Below, one piece after another: positions 28,558-36,727 of a stretch of 64,000 nucleotides of DNA. The stretch lies in NCBI GenBank assembly GCA_964445105.1, contig CAYUJS010000005.1:3791-67790 (forward strand), in the 5' to 3' direction. The stretch comes from an uncultured bacterium. Its GTDB lineage: Bacteria; Chlamydiota; Chlamydiia; Chlamydiales; JAJFMA01. Below the pieces are notes generated by a model, which made no database searches, was not told the DNA's origin, and was given only the letters and a program-made list of their open reading frames with translations. A program made the position numbers and the translations under genes. The number at the start of each line of letters is the position of its first letter. Positions within the stretch are counted from its first letter, which is position 1.

Positions 28558-28985
28558 CTAACCTATCCAAGGTAAAATTTGACAATGTAAGGATGACAAT
28601 AATTTAATGCAAAGCGAAGCGTGGGAGAGCAGTAGAAGGCTTTTTATTCGTCGATAAGTCCGCCTGGCGTTATAGAGTCTGGGTAGCAAAAACCTTCCAG
28701 CAAGTCCTTCAAGGATGTAGGTCTTATTTTGGCTGTAACTCTACCGTTGCGCATGGGCACGTTCTGGCCAGCTAGGGCTGGTGGCGGACTAACCTTTAGA
28801 ACCTTTACCGAGAATTCTAAGCTGAGCTATTTTGCGATGAATTCGCCGTCTTGTCTTATGGATAAGCAGTGAAATGGAGCTGTCGACTATCAAAAGGCTA
28901 GCCGGTTTTTCTTTTTAGCGGGATCAGCCAAGAGAAAGGGGAGCCCCCCTGGCAAGTAAAAGAGAAGCTCCCCTAAGCGAAAATA

Positions 28986-29312
28986 TTATTTCTTCTTTGC
29001 AAGCGCAGAAAAAATATTTGCCACTTTTTGTGCCTGAGCCAAATTCAAAACCGAATCTCTGAAAGGCTTGAAATGAGCAGTCCCATCTTTACTGCGTATA
29101 CGTACGGTGTCGATTACAAAGTTACCGTTGCAATATGTGTAATGATCGGTCACTTTGCCGTCGTAGACGCGTTTAAAATAGAGAGGCATTCCGTGCTTAG
29201 TAGTATTAACAGTCCATTTCTTGTTCAAATTGAGGCGTTTCAGGGTAACCCCGGCTGCATTGCAGATATCAACAGGTGATTTGTTGATGTTTTCAAAAGT
29301 AATTGATGTCAT
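28986..29312 (-). CDS. Hypothetical small protein (108 aa), divergent from the LuxR gene
   Basis: It is a clean ORF with a Lys-rich C-terminus, and a GGGGAGC..GCTCCCC hairpin lies just downstream (28939..28972). I recognised no family. Confidence 0.4.
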   Translation of the reverse strand: MTSITFENINKSPVDICNAAGVTLKRLNLNKKWTVNTTKHGMPLYFKRVYDGKVTDHYTYCNGNFVIDTVRIRSKDGTAHFKPFRDSVLNLAQAQKVANIFSALAKKK

Positions 29313-29394
29313 AAAATTCTCCCTTTTTGAAGTGTTTCAACAGAGGCCACCGTTGGCCTGTGCGTACATTTTTAAAAATTAAGAATTGCAAAAA

Positions 29395-29413
29395 TAGGGT
29401 AGAAAATACCCTA
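29395..29413. promoter_or_regulatory. Perfect 7-5-7 inverted repeat (TAGGGTA-gaaaa-TACCCTA) in a divergent promoter; candidate operator
   Basis: It was read directly from the sequence and lies 55 bp upstream of the LuxR-family start. A second palindrome, AGGCCA-ccgt-TGGCCT, lies at 29344..29359. Confidence 0.3.
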
Positions 29414-29467
29414 ATAGAGAGTCATTCGAATTTTCTGGCTATGAATCAGGTCGCTTAAGGGGGTCTT

Positions 29468-30292
29468 GTGGCAGATATCGAACGGATGGCGCAGTATTCG
29501 CTCAAAAATGCAGATACTATTAGGCGGATTTGCGCCCCGCTAGAGCAGTTTCGCGTGAAGCACTTCTGGTGCAGTAGAACCTCTGAAGATGGTCAGTTCC
29601 TGTGCATCGGAAGTAATCCCGCCTTACATGAAGACTATTACTTATCGAAAAGCTACTTGGATAATCCCTCTTTTCGAAGCCCAAAACTGGTCGTACCCGG
29701 GTTTTACTTTCACCAGAACTACGAGGACGACAAGTATAAGAAAACCATAGAAAATTACAGAGAAAAGTTTGATACTGAATTTTGCGCTATCCACCTCCTG
29801 AAGCAAGGCAAGGAGCTAATACGTTGTGGATACGCCTCGACCCCCGCCAATGCGTCGAAGTTCAACACCCTCTTTTCAAACAACATAAAATTGTTTGAAA
29901 AATTCAATAGATACTTCTTGAGGGAAGCTAGTAATTTGTTCGCGAAGGGCATTAATTACTCCGTTAATTTAGTGAAAGAAATCGGGGAGCGATTTGATCA
30001 AAAAAGCAGCCTTTATTTTTTAAGCAAAGAGGAGAAATGCTCTTTTTTAGGTCGCTTAGAGCCTGAGCTTGTCAACATCAAAAAGCTGAGCCCCCAAGAA
30101 ATGTGCTGTATGAGGTTTTTGACCGAGGGGTTATCCGCGCCTCTTATTGCTGCCAGGATGGGTCTTTCTGCGCGCACGGTGGAACATTACCTCGACTCTG
30201 CTAAAGATAAGCTATTCTGTGAGTCAAAACGCGAGCTATTCAGGTATGCCACGCTGCTGCAGACGACCTGCGGCTTTTTTGGGGATGAGTAG
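29468..30292 (+). CDS. LuxR-family transcriptional regulator (GerE-type C-terminal HTH; unassigned ~200-aa N-terminal domain)
   Basis: The C-terminus reads LSPQEMCCMRFLTEGLSAPLIAARMGLSARTVEHYLDSAKDKL, a LuxR/GerE HTH. It has a GTG start. Confidence 0.75.
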   Translation: MADIERMAQYSLKNADTIRRICAPLEQFRVKHFWCSRTSEDGQFLCIGSNPALHEDYYLSKSYLDNPSFRSPKLVVPGFYFHQNYEDDKYKKTIENYREKFDTEFCAIHLLKQGKELIRCGYASTPANASKFNTLFSNNIKLFEKFNRYFLREASNLFAKGINYSVNLVKEIGERFDQKSSLYFLSKEEKCSFLGRLEPELVNIKKLSPQEMCCMRFLTEGLSAPLIAARMGLSARTVEHYLDSAKDKLFCESKRELFRYATLLQTTCGFFGDE

Positions 30293-30454
30293 CAGCCTTT
30301 AACCCTTTGACAAATGGCAGAGGGTAAAAGGCGTAAGCGCTTTCTTGTAGCAGCAAGCCCGCGCTCTGCAGATTTTTGGAAGAGCATTTCGCATTAACTG
30401 TCTGTTCGGTTATCCTAGCCGTTCTTTACTACCTTGGAGCGAGGGCTTTTTTGT

Positions 30455-30976
30455 ATGTCCAGAATGGTAAATGTCTCCAATGTGCTCTCTGCATCGCGTG
30501 GCCTGTTGGCGTTGATTTTTCTGGTGCCTTCTCCAGCAACCCGCGGCCTGGTGATCGCATTGGCTATGCTTACGGACGGCTTGGATGGGTTTTTAGCGCG
30601 GCGTTGGCATCAAACTAGTCAGTTCGGCGCGATGCTTGACCCTTTGATGGACAAGTTTTTTGTGATCTTTGTGCTGGGCGTGCTGCACTTTGAGGGCGCG
30701 GTCCAGTTTCCGCAAATTGCGGCTCTTCTTTGTCGCGATGTGGCCATAGTGATCTTTGGCATTCATCTTTACAAGGCGGGCGAGTGGTCGCGCTACTCTT
30801 TCAGAGCAATTTGGAGCGGTAAGGTGACGACTACGTTGCAGTTTTTTGTTTTATTAGCTCTAAGTTTTGGTTACCCGGTCCCTAGCTATGTTTATCCAGC
30901 TTTTGTGGTGCTCGGCATATTTGCGTTGATTGAGCTTTCGCTCATGGCGCGTCAACAGGGAGATCCGATCGGATGA
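30455..30976 (+). CDS. CDP-alcohol phosphatidyltransferase (PgsA-like)
   Basis: The signature D-G-x2-A-R-x8-G-x3-D-x3-D is present as DGLDGFLARRWHQTSQFGAMLDPLMDK. It is about 173 aa long and polytopic. The start was taken at ATG 30455. Confidence 0.8.
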   Translation: MSRMVNVSNVLSASRGLLALIFLVPSPATRGLVIALAMLTDGLDGFLARRWHQTSQFGAMLDPLMDKFFVIFVLGVLHFEGAVQFPQIAALLCRDVAIVIFGIHLYKAGEWSRYSFRAIWSGKVTTTLQFFVLLALSFGYPVPSYVYPAFVVLGIFALIELSLMARQQGDPIG

Positions 30977-32100
30977 AAGTCGCTTGGAGCGTGTTTGTAT
31001 TAGATGGCGGTGTCTCTGGAATTTCTACCTATGTATTGTCCTTAATCCGTGCCTTGAGCGGGGTAGACCAGACGAACGAGTACGAGATATTGCTCCCCTG
31101 GCCGGCGCAGTCTATGCTGCCTCCTCTAAGCGGTAAGTTCAAAATTAGGCCGTCGCGGCCTTTGGTAAACAGCCCCTTGATAAATATTTTATGGCATAAC
31201 TCGCTTTTACCAGCTCTCGCCCGTAGCCGCGGCTACGATCTCGTTCATTTGCCCAGTATTCGCCGCATCCCCCTGATCAAGAGCTGTTGTCTGGTGGCGA
31301 CAGTACACGACATGGCCCCTTGCGCTATGCCCGAGAAATATGACGCCTTGCGCTGGTTCTACCACCAACATGTGCTGGGGCGCTTGATCCATAGATGTGA
31401 CCGGATTATTGCCGTGAGTCATCATACTAAAGCGGATATCGTGAAGTACACTGGGTATCCAGAAAATAAGATAGATGTCATTTATTCAGGCATCGACCAG
31501 AGCGTCTTTCAGCCTCATGCAGGAGACGCGGTTCTTCAGCAGCGTTACGGCTTATATAAACCGTTTTTGGTCTATGTCTCGAGAATCGAATATCCTGCTA
31601 AAAATCATTTAAATCTCATCAGAGCCTTCGAGCTATTGAAGCAAAAGTATGACTTGCCGCATGAACTGGTTTTTGCTGGCCCTGAGTGGTCCGGAAGCGA
31701 GGTAGTGACTAATTATATCCTGCATAGTCGCTACAGAGACCAGATCCGTTCATTGGGGGTTATTCCGACTGAGGATGTGGTGCGGCTTTATTCCGCTTGT
31801 GACTTGATGGTATTCCCCTCTTACTTCGAAGGATTTGGTTTTCCCCTGTTGGAGGCAATGGCTTGCGGTGCACTGGTGGCCTGTTCTAACGCCACCGCGC
31901 TCAAAGAGCTTGCAGAGGGCTATGCAGAGCTTTTTAATCCGCGCGATCCAGATGATATAGCCCAAGCAATGCTCAATGTACTGAATAGTCCTGAAAAAGA
32001 GCTGTTGCGGGCCCGTGGGCGCGTGTACGCCTCCAAGTTTCGTTGGGAGGCCGCCGCACAGCAAGTATTAGAGACCTATCAAAAAGCACTCGATTCATGA
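30973..32100 (+). CDS. GT4-family (GT-B, retaining) glycosyltransferase
   Basis: It has the E-x7-E motif region FPSYFEGFGFPLLEAMACG and is 375 aa long. It has ATGA overlaps on both sides (30973..30976 and 32097..32100). Confidence 0.8.
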   Translation: MKVAWSVFVLDGGVSGISTYVLSLIRALSGVDQTNEYEILLPWPAQSMLPPLSGKFKIRPSRPLVNSPLINILWHNSLLPALARSRGYDLVHLPSIRRIPLIKSCCLVATVHDMAPCAMPEKYDALRWFYHQHVLGRLIHRCDRIIAVSHHTKADIVKYTGYPENKIDVIYSGIDQSVFQPHAGDAVLQQRYGLYKPFLVYVSRIEYPAKNHLNLIRAFELLKQKYDLPHELVFAGPEWSGSEVVTNYILHSRYRDQIRSLGVIPTEDVVRLYSACDLMVFPSYFEGFGFPLLEAMACGALVACSNATALKELAEGYAELFNPRDPDDIAQAMLNVLNSPEKELLRARGRVYASKFRWEAAAQQVLETYQKALDS

Positions 32101-32933
32101 CCGTTGCGATTATTATGCGCTCTATGAACGAGCAGCCGTACGTGGAACAAGTCTTTGAGGCACTGCGTAAGCAGAGCTTCCGCGATTTTACCTTATATAA
32201 CGTGGACTCAGGATCAACGGATGGCACCTGGGAGTGTGTTTGCAGAGAAAATTCTAGGGCAGACAAAAGACGCCGTATCCGCCTGGAGCAGTATGTGCCG
32301 GGTAAGGTGCTGAATGACACGATTGCGCTGACGACTGAGCCTATCATTGCTCTTTTGAACGCCGACGCTATTCCCCTCTCTACCGCATGGCTGGAGGAAC
32401 TTGTACAACCCCTGTTGCGCAATGAAGCCGATGCTACGTTGAGTAGGCAGATCGCTAGGAAAGATGCCCATTTTATCGTAAAAAACGATTATCTGCGTGC
32501 CTACGACCCGGCCCGGTATACAACGCAGTCCCTCGATCTATTTTCGGCAGTATCCTGTGCCTTTAAACGGTCCATATGGGAGCAATGCTCTTTCCCTTCA
32601 GAAGGGTATGCGGAAGATTGGGCCTGGTTTCAGGCATGTCGGCAGCTAGGTATGCGGTTTCGTCTTGCGGCGGGTTCTGTGGTCGAGCACTCCCACAACT
32701 ATTCACTGAATGCTTTGTATCGCAAGCGCTTCCGGCAAGCGAAGACGTTTGTTAGGGTGGACGGCGTGCCTCCCTCTGCCTGTAAGCAAGCGCTAGCCGC
32801 CCTAAAAGAGGTAGCGCGAGATCTCTACAGCGCCGCCAAGTGCCTACAATTCCATACTATCCCCTACAATATCGCCTATAGGGGCGTCATCCACGCAGCT
32901 ACCTATTGGGGCCGCAAAAAAGCGCAGGGTTAG
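32097..32933 (+). CDS. GT2-like glycosyltransferase
   Basis: The start at ATG 32097 overlaps the GT4 stop. It has MTVAIIMRSMNEQPYVEQVFEALRKQSF..YNVDSGSTDGT and LLNADAIP (DxD-like). Confidence 0.7.
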   Translation: MTVAIIMRSMNEQPYVEQVFEALRKQSFRDFTLYNVDSGSTDGTWECVCRENSRADKRRRIRLEQYVPGKVLNDTIALTTEPIIALLNADAIPLSTAWLEELVQPLLRNEADATLSRQIARKDAHFIVKNDYLRAYDPARYTTQSLDLFSAVSCAFKRSIWEQCSFPSEGYAEDWAWFQACRQLGMRFRLAAGSVVEHSHNYSLNALYRKRFRQAKTFVRVDGVPPSACKQALAALKEVARDLYSAAKCLQFHTIPYNIAYRGVIHAATYWGRKKAQG

Positions 32934-33194
32934 CCCGTAGGCCCTGCAAAATTAAAAAGTGTTGCAGTCTAGGTGTCCAAGATGCGTTTCCGATCCATTC
33001 TTCAAGAGGGTTGCGTGGTTAGAGATGGCAATAATTCATTATCCCTAGGAATGTGGGTTTAAAACGCTCTTTAGCGTCAGCGGATGTTTGGTTGTGTATT
33101 TCTAGTTTCACTTGCTGGGATTTTTGGTTAATAAATTCGCCCTTACCTTTTTCGCGGACGCTGCGGGTTTCCTCTAAGAGTTTCAAGCGGCTAG

Positions 33195-33431
33195 TTTGCG
33201 GGCGCCACAAATTTCGTCGGCCGATTGGATCTAATTTGCTTCAAGTTGTACGCTAATGTAGATCAAGGACGGTCTAGTAAACATTTTATTTATTTGGAGC
33301 AGTTCGGCCCAACTCATGAAGAGCTGTCAATAGCAAAAGCGTGGTGTATGACGCAAGATATGTCTACAGAGTTTGCCGATTCGCTGGCGCAAGCACTAAG
33401 AGCACTGGGAGAAAAATTTGGGGGTAGCTAG
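33195..33431 (+). pseudogene. Startless gene fragment; possibly the remnant of a nucleotidyltransferase C-terminus or the frameshifted 5' part of the next gene
   Basis: The open frame begins right after a stop at 33192..33194 and has only a TTG start. Its product ..DLICFKLYANVDQGRSSKHFIYLEQF.. resembles the L.A.KL.A..DR...KD..DL helix of AbiEii/DUF1814-like NTases (weak, from memory). It ends inside an AAAAATTTGGGGG run where the next ORF starts. Confidence 0.25.
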
Positions 33432-34275
33432 CAAGCAGCTCGATAGGATCTTAGCTCGCCTCGCTTGGAGCCTTTGGACAGAGCTTGGGATAGCAGGCCT
33501 TGAACGGGGTCACGAGTCGTTTGCCGTCGCGCCCGAAAAGTTAATTCTACTGACTTCGGTTTTGTCGGAGTTCGATCCGCGTCTGCGCGATGAGGCACTT
33601 GATTGGTGTAGCCGGTATCATCATTTTATTTGCCCTATCCGTCTTCAAATTCTTGCGAAGAGATACAAAGTCTTTGTGCCAAGGCCCTTCTCAATTTTTT
33701 CAGCGACGGTCAATGCTGCTGTAACCATGCGGACCAAATGGATTGTCTTACAAGCAGAGTCGCCTCTGAAATTTCGGCCCAGCGGCAAATCAGTTCTTCG
33801 AGATTTTGAGGCTCCCTCGATGATCTACTTTCGTTTGCAGGCTTTTTTAGGGGTGGGCGCACGCGCTGATGTCCTGGCTTTTCTACTGCATCAAGAGAAC
33901 GGCGGCTTTACCGCTTCTGACTTAATAGAAATAGGCTACTCCAAGCGGCGTCTTGCGCAAATTTTAGACGATCTCGCGGCCGCTGGAGTGCTCACCAAAA
34001 CAATGGTTCGCAACCATTGGCGTTATGTTTTTGCAAGGATTGACCCATTCATTCACCTACTAGGGGGCCTGCCGCAGAACATGGTATATTGGGATCGCGT
34101 GTTGGCGGTTTTTTTGCCTATCCGTGCTTGCCTCCACGAGACTGAAAATGCCCCATTGGGTGTGCGAGCCGTCGATATGCGAAACCTGCTAAATACGCTC
34201 AAAAACCAACTCCTACAGCTTGGGCTAAATCCACCAGCCCTGCAAAAGATATTGAGGCTTATTGGGAGAGCTTAG
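33418..34275 (+). CDS. Hypothetical protein with a central winged-helix DNA-binding domain
   Basis: Residues ~148-205 (nt ~33859..34032) read ADVLAFLLHQENGGFTASDLIEIGYSKRRLAQILDDLAAAGVLTKTMVRNHWRYVF, an ArsR/MarR-like wHTH. Only a TTG start is available, so the 5' end is uncertain. Confidence 0.45.
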   Translation: MGVASKQLDRILARLAWSLWTELGIAGLERGHESFAVAPEKLILLTSVLSEFDPRLRDEALDWCSRYHHFICPIRLQILAKRYKVFVPRPFSIFSATVNAAVTMRTKWIVLQAESPLKFRPSGKSVLRDFEAPSMIYFRLQAFLGVGARADVLAFLLHQENGGFTASDLIEIGYSKRRLAQILDDLAAAGVLTKTMVRNHWRYVFARIDPFIHLLGGLPQNMVYWDRVLAVFLPIRACLHETENAPLGVRAVDMRNLLNTLKNQLLQLGLNPPALQKILRLIGRA

Positions 34276-34454
34276 TCGCGTGGATCTTAGATTTTTCTGC
34301 TTTTTATCGCGTCCAGAAGCGATAGGGTGCGCTAAACTCAATGGATATTCTTGCGTTTTTCTAACTGCTGGGCGTAAAAACAAAAGTTGAATGCCTAGCC
34401 TAGGCGCAATGAAACTGTGTCGGTCGAAAAATTTCAAACCGTGGTTAGTGAGTG

Positions 34455-35582
34455 ATGTCCAAGTATTCTCTGCATGGGTCTTTGGCATTCGACGAGCGGG
34501 TTGAAGCTGACATGAAGCGGATCGTGGATGCCATTACAAGCGACCCGCAGGGAGATCAGGTTAATTCTATCGTTCTTCTTGGAGGATACGGGCGCGGGGA
34601 GGGCACGCCTTTTAAGGTCAAGGGGACAGAAGTGCCCTTCAATGACTATGACCTTGTGGTGGTGGTCAATCTTAACAGAAACAGGCGGTTTTCTAAGAAT
34701 TTTTCCCAGCGTATGCAACTGCTCAAACAGAGCCTAAAAAAGCAGTTAGGCATTACTGTGGACCTCTACGTTCACTGCCTCTCATCACTAAAGCGAGCCG
34801 AATGTTCTCTGCTCAACTACGAAATGCAAAATGGTCATCGCGTGCTGTGGGGAAATCCCAAAGTTCTCGAGATTATGCCCAAAGTTTCGCTAGAGGCGGT
34901 ATCTCTGAGCGAAGGCAGCCGGTTGCTGATGAATCGAGGCAAGCTGTTGCTGGATATACGAGGGCGATTGCGCGACCCTAAACCTTTGACTGAACAAGAA
35001 ACAGTCTGTTTTCGTAAATTCCTTTGGAAAAATCACTTGGCCTTTGGCGATTGCCTTCTTCTTTTGAAAAAAGAGTACGATGTGCTCTATCGATTAAAAG
35101 CGGGACGCATTCAGAAATATGAAGAGTCGCAAGAAATCCCCGAGGCTCGCTGGATGATCTCGTTATATCAGCGTGCGGTTGCCTTTAAGCAGCGGGGAGA
35201 GATCGAATTGTTAAGCGGGACGGATTTAGTGGAAGAGTGGTATCGCACTAAGAGCTATTGGTTAGAATTTTTTTTGTGGTTTGAAGGAGCTCGCTTGGGA
35301 GTTGAGTTAGCGTCTTGCCAGGATTACTGCAACGCGATTGCTCTCAGAGAACCGAAGAGTTTCGCTTCAGTACTGCGTAACTTTAGCTTGCTAGGCGGTC
35401 GCATGGTTTATCCGTCGGTAGCTTGGGCTTGTGTGCCTCTACGTAAACGCTTGTGTGCAGCTCTCTATCTTCTTTTACAAGAAAAAGGCGGGGATTTTTT
35501 GTTGGCACAGCTTTTAGGGGGTGGAGGGACGCTCGGGCAGCAGGTTGAGCGATTTTATGCTATGCGCTTGAGGTGTTCGTGA
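34455..35582 (+). CDS. Pol-beta-fold nucleotidyltransferase, GlnD/GlnE-like GGYGRGE variant, with a helical C-terminal domain
   Basis: It has LLGGYGRGEG-x13-NDYDLVVVV (nt 34581..34652) and a later VDLYV (third acidic residue). About 280 aa of helical region follows. I recognised no specific family. Confidence 0.65.
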   Translation: MSKYSLHGSLAFDERVEADMKRIVDAITSDPQGDQVNSIVLLGGYGRGEGTPFKVKGTEVPFNDYDLVVVVNLNRNRRFSKNFSQRMQLLKQSLKKQLGITVDLYVHCLSSLKRAECSLLNYEMQNGHRVLWGNPKVLEIMPKVSLEAVSLSEGSRLLMNRGKLLLDIRGRLRDPKPLTEQETVCFRKFLWKNHLAFGDCLLLLKKEYDVLYRLKAGRIQKYEESQEIPEARWMISLYQRAVAFKQRGEIELLSGTDLVEEWYRTKSYWLEFFLWFEGARLGVELASCQDYCNAIALREPKSFASVLRNFSLLGGRMVYPSVAWACVPLRKRLCAALYLLLQEKGGDFLLAQLLGGGGTLGQQVERFYAMRLRCS

Positions 35583-36712
35583 ATCTTTTCTTTTTTATCG
35601 ATGCACTGGGCTGGGAGGTGCTGCAGAGGCACAGCGATTTTTTAGCCGATTTGGCGCCGCATCGCAAGCCGCTCCGCACGATTTTTGGCTATAGTAGCGC
35701 TTGTGATCCGGCGATTATTTCGGGCCTGCTTCCCAATGAAAATCAGCACTGGTCAAGCTATTACTACTCCCCAGAGACCTCGCCATTTAAAAATCTCTGG
35801 TGGTTGCGGCTGCTGCCCGCATTTCTAACCAATCGGCACCGCGTCCGCAGTCGTCTGAGCAGGTTGGTGCGTAGGCAGTTGGGCTACACCGGCTATTTTG
35901 AGCTTTATTTTATCCCTTTCGAAAAACTGCAGTATTTTGATTACGTCGAAAAAAAACGCATTTATGAGCCAGGTGGGCTGGTTCAAGGAAAATCCATTTT
36001 TGATCTAGCGGCCGAGCAAAGCATTCCCTACCATGTCAGCGGCCCACTTCTTTCGGATCAGGAAAAGCTCAGGCGGTTAACTTATGATTTAAAAAATCGA
36101 CAACTGGCGTTTACCTATGTCACCTTAGGAAAACTAGACGGTGTGATGCACACCCACGGTAATGCTGGCAATCTGATCGACGAGCAAATCGCCTGGTACG
36201 ATCAGCAAATTCGCGCGGTCTTTAAGTGCGCGCAGAAGCGTTACTCTGAGGTTGCTCTTCATGTTTTTTCTGATCACGGTATGCATAACGTTAGCCAGAC
36301 CCTAGACCTACAGAGAGAAATAAAAAAACTAGGTCTCAAATATGGCGTAGACTATGTAGCGATGTACGACGCTACGATGGCTCGCTTTTGGTTTTTAACG
36401 GATCATGGTCGAAACGATATCGTGGGATTGTTGCGCAGTCTTAAGGCAGGATCTATCTTATCCGATGAACAGCTTAAAAAATGGGGAGTATTTTTTCCAG
36501 ATCGTCGATTCGGCGAAATCATCTTTCAAATGCACTCTGGCGGGCTTATTACGCCTAGTTTTGTGAACGACAAATGGCTTCCCGGGATGCATGGCTATCC
36601 ACCAGAAGATGCTGATTCTCACGCTTCTTTTGCCTCGAGTGAACCAATTCCCGAGGGAATTGAGGGAATTGAGGATATTTTTAAAATGCTAAAGTGCGGG
36701 CTTACGCACTGA
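35573..36712 (+). CDS. Alkaline-phosphatase-superfamily protein (nucleotide pyrophosphatase/phosphodiesterase-like)
   Basis: Motifs are FFIDALGWEV, FGYSSACDPAIISGLLPNENQHW (nucleophile region), HVFSDHGMHNV and PGMHGYPPEDADSHASF. The GTG start at 35573, or the GTG at 35579 preceded by GAGG, overlaps the NTase stop (GTGA, 35579..35582). Confidence 0.7.
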   Translation: MFVNLFFFIDALGWEVLQRHSDFLADLAPHRKPLRTIFGYSSACDPAIISGLLPNENQHWSSYYYSPETSPFKNLWWLRLLPAFLTNRHRVRSRLSRLVRRQLGYTGYFELYFIPFEKLQYFDYVEKKRIYEPGGLVQGKSIFDLAAEQSIPYHVSGPLLSDQEKLRRLTYDLKNRQLAFTYVTLGKLDGVMHTHGNAGNLIDEQIAWYDQQIRAVFKCAQKRYSEVALHVFSDHGMHNVSQTLDLQREIKKLGLKYGVDYVAMYDATMARFWFLTDHGRNDIVGLLRSLKAGSILSDEQLKKWGVFFPDRRFGEIIFQMHSGGLITPSFVNDKWLPGMHGYPPEDADSHASFASSEPIPEGIEGIEDIFKMLKCGLTH

Positions 36713-36727
36713 ACCCGCGAGCTTGAG

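Noticed and set aside
28830-28905. A minus-strand translation ..SISLLIHKTRRRIHRKIAQL.. vaguely resembles the recognition helix of a LuxR/GerE HTH, so it could be a decayed second regulator.
   Set aside because: The match is too short and degenerate, it is interrupted by stops, and it has no supporting flanking homology.
36641-36685. A short tandem DNA repeat GAGGGAATT-GAGGGAATT-GAGG encodes PEGIEGIED near the 3' end of the phosphodiesterase-like gene.
   Set aside because: It has only about 2.5 copies, is in frame, and has no evident functional implication. It is noted only as a possible slippage site.
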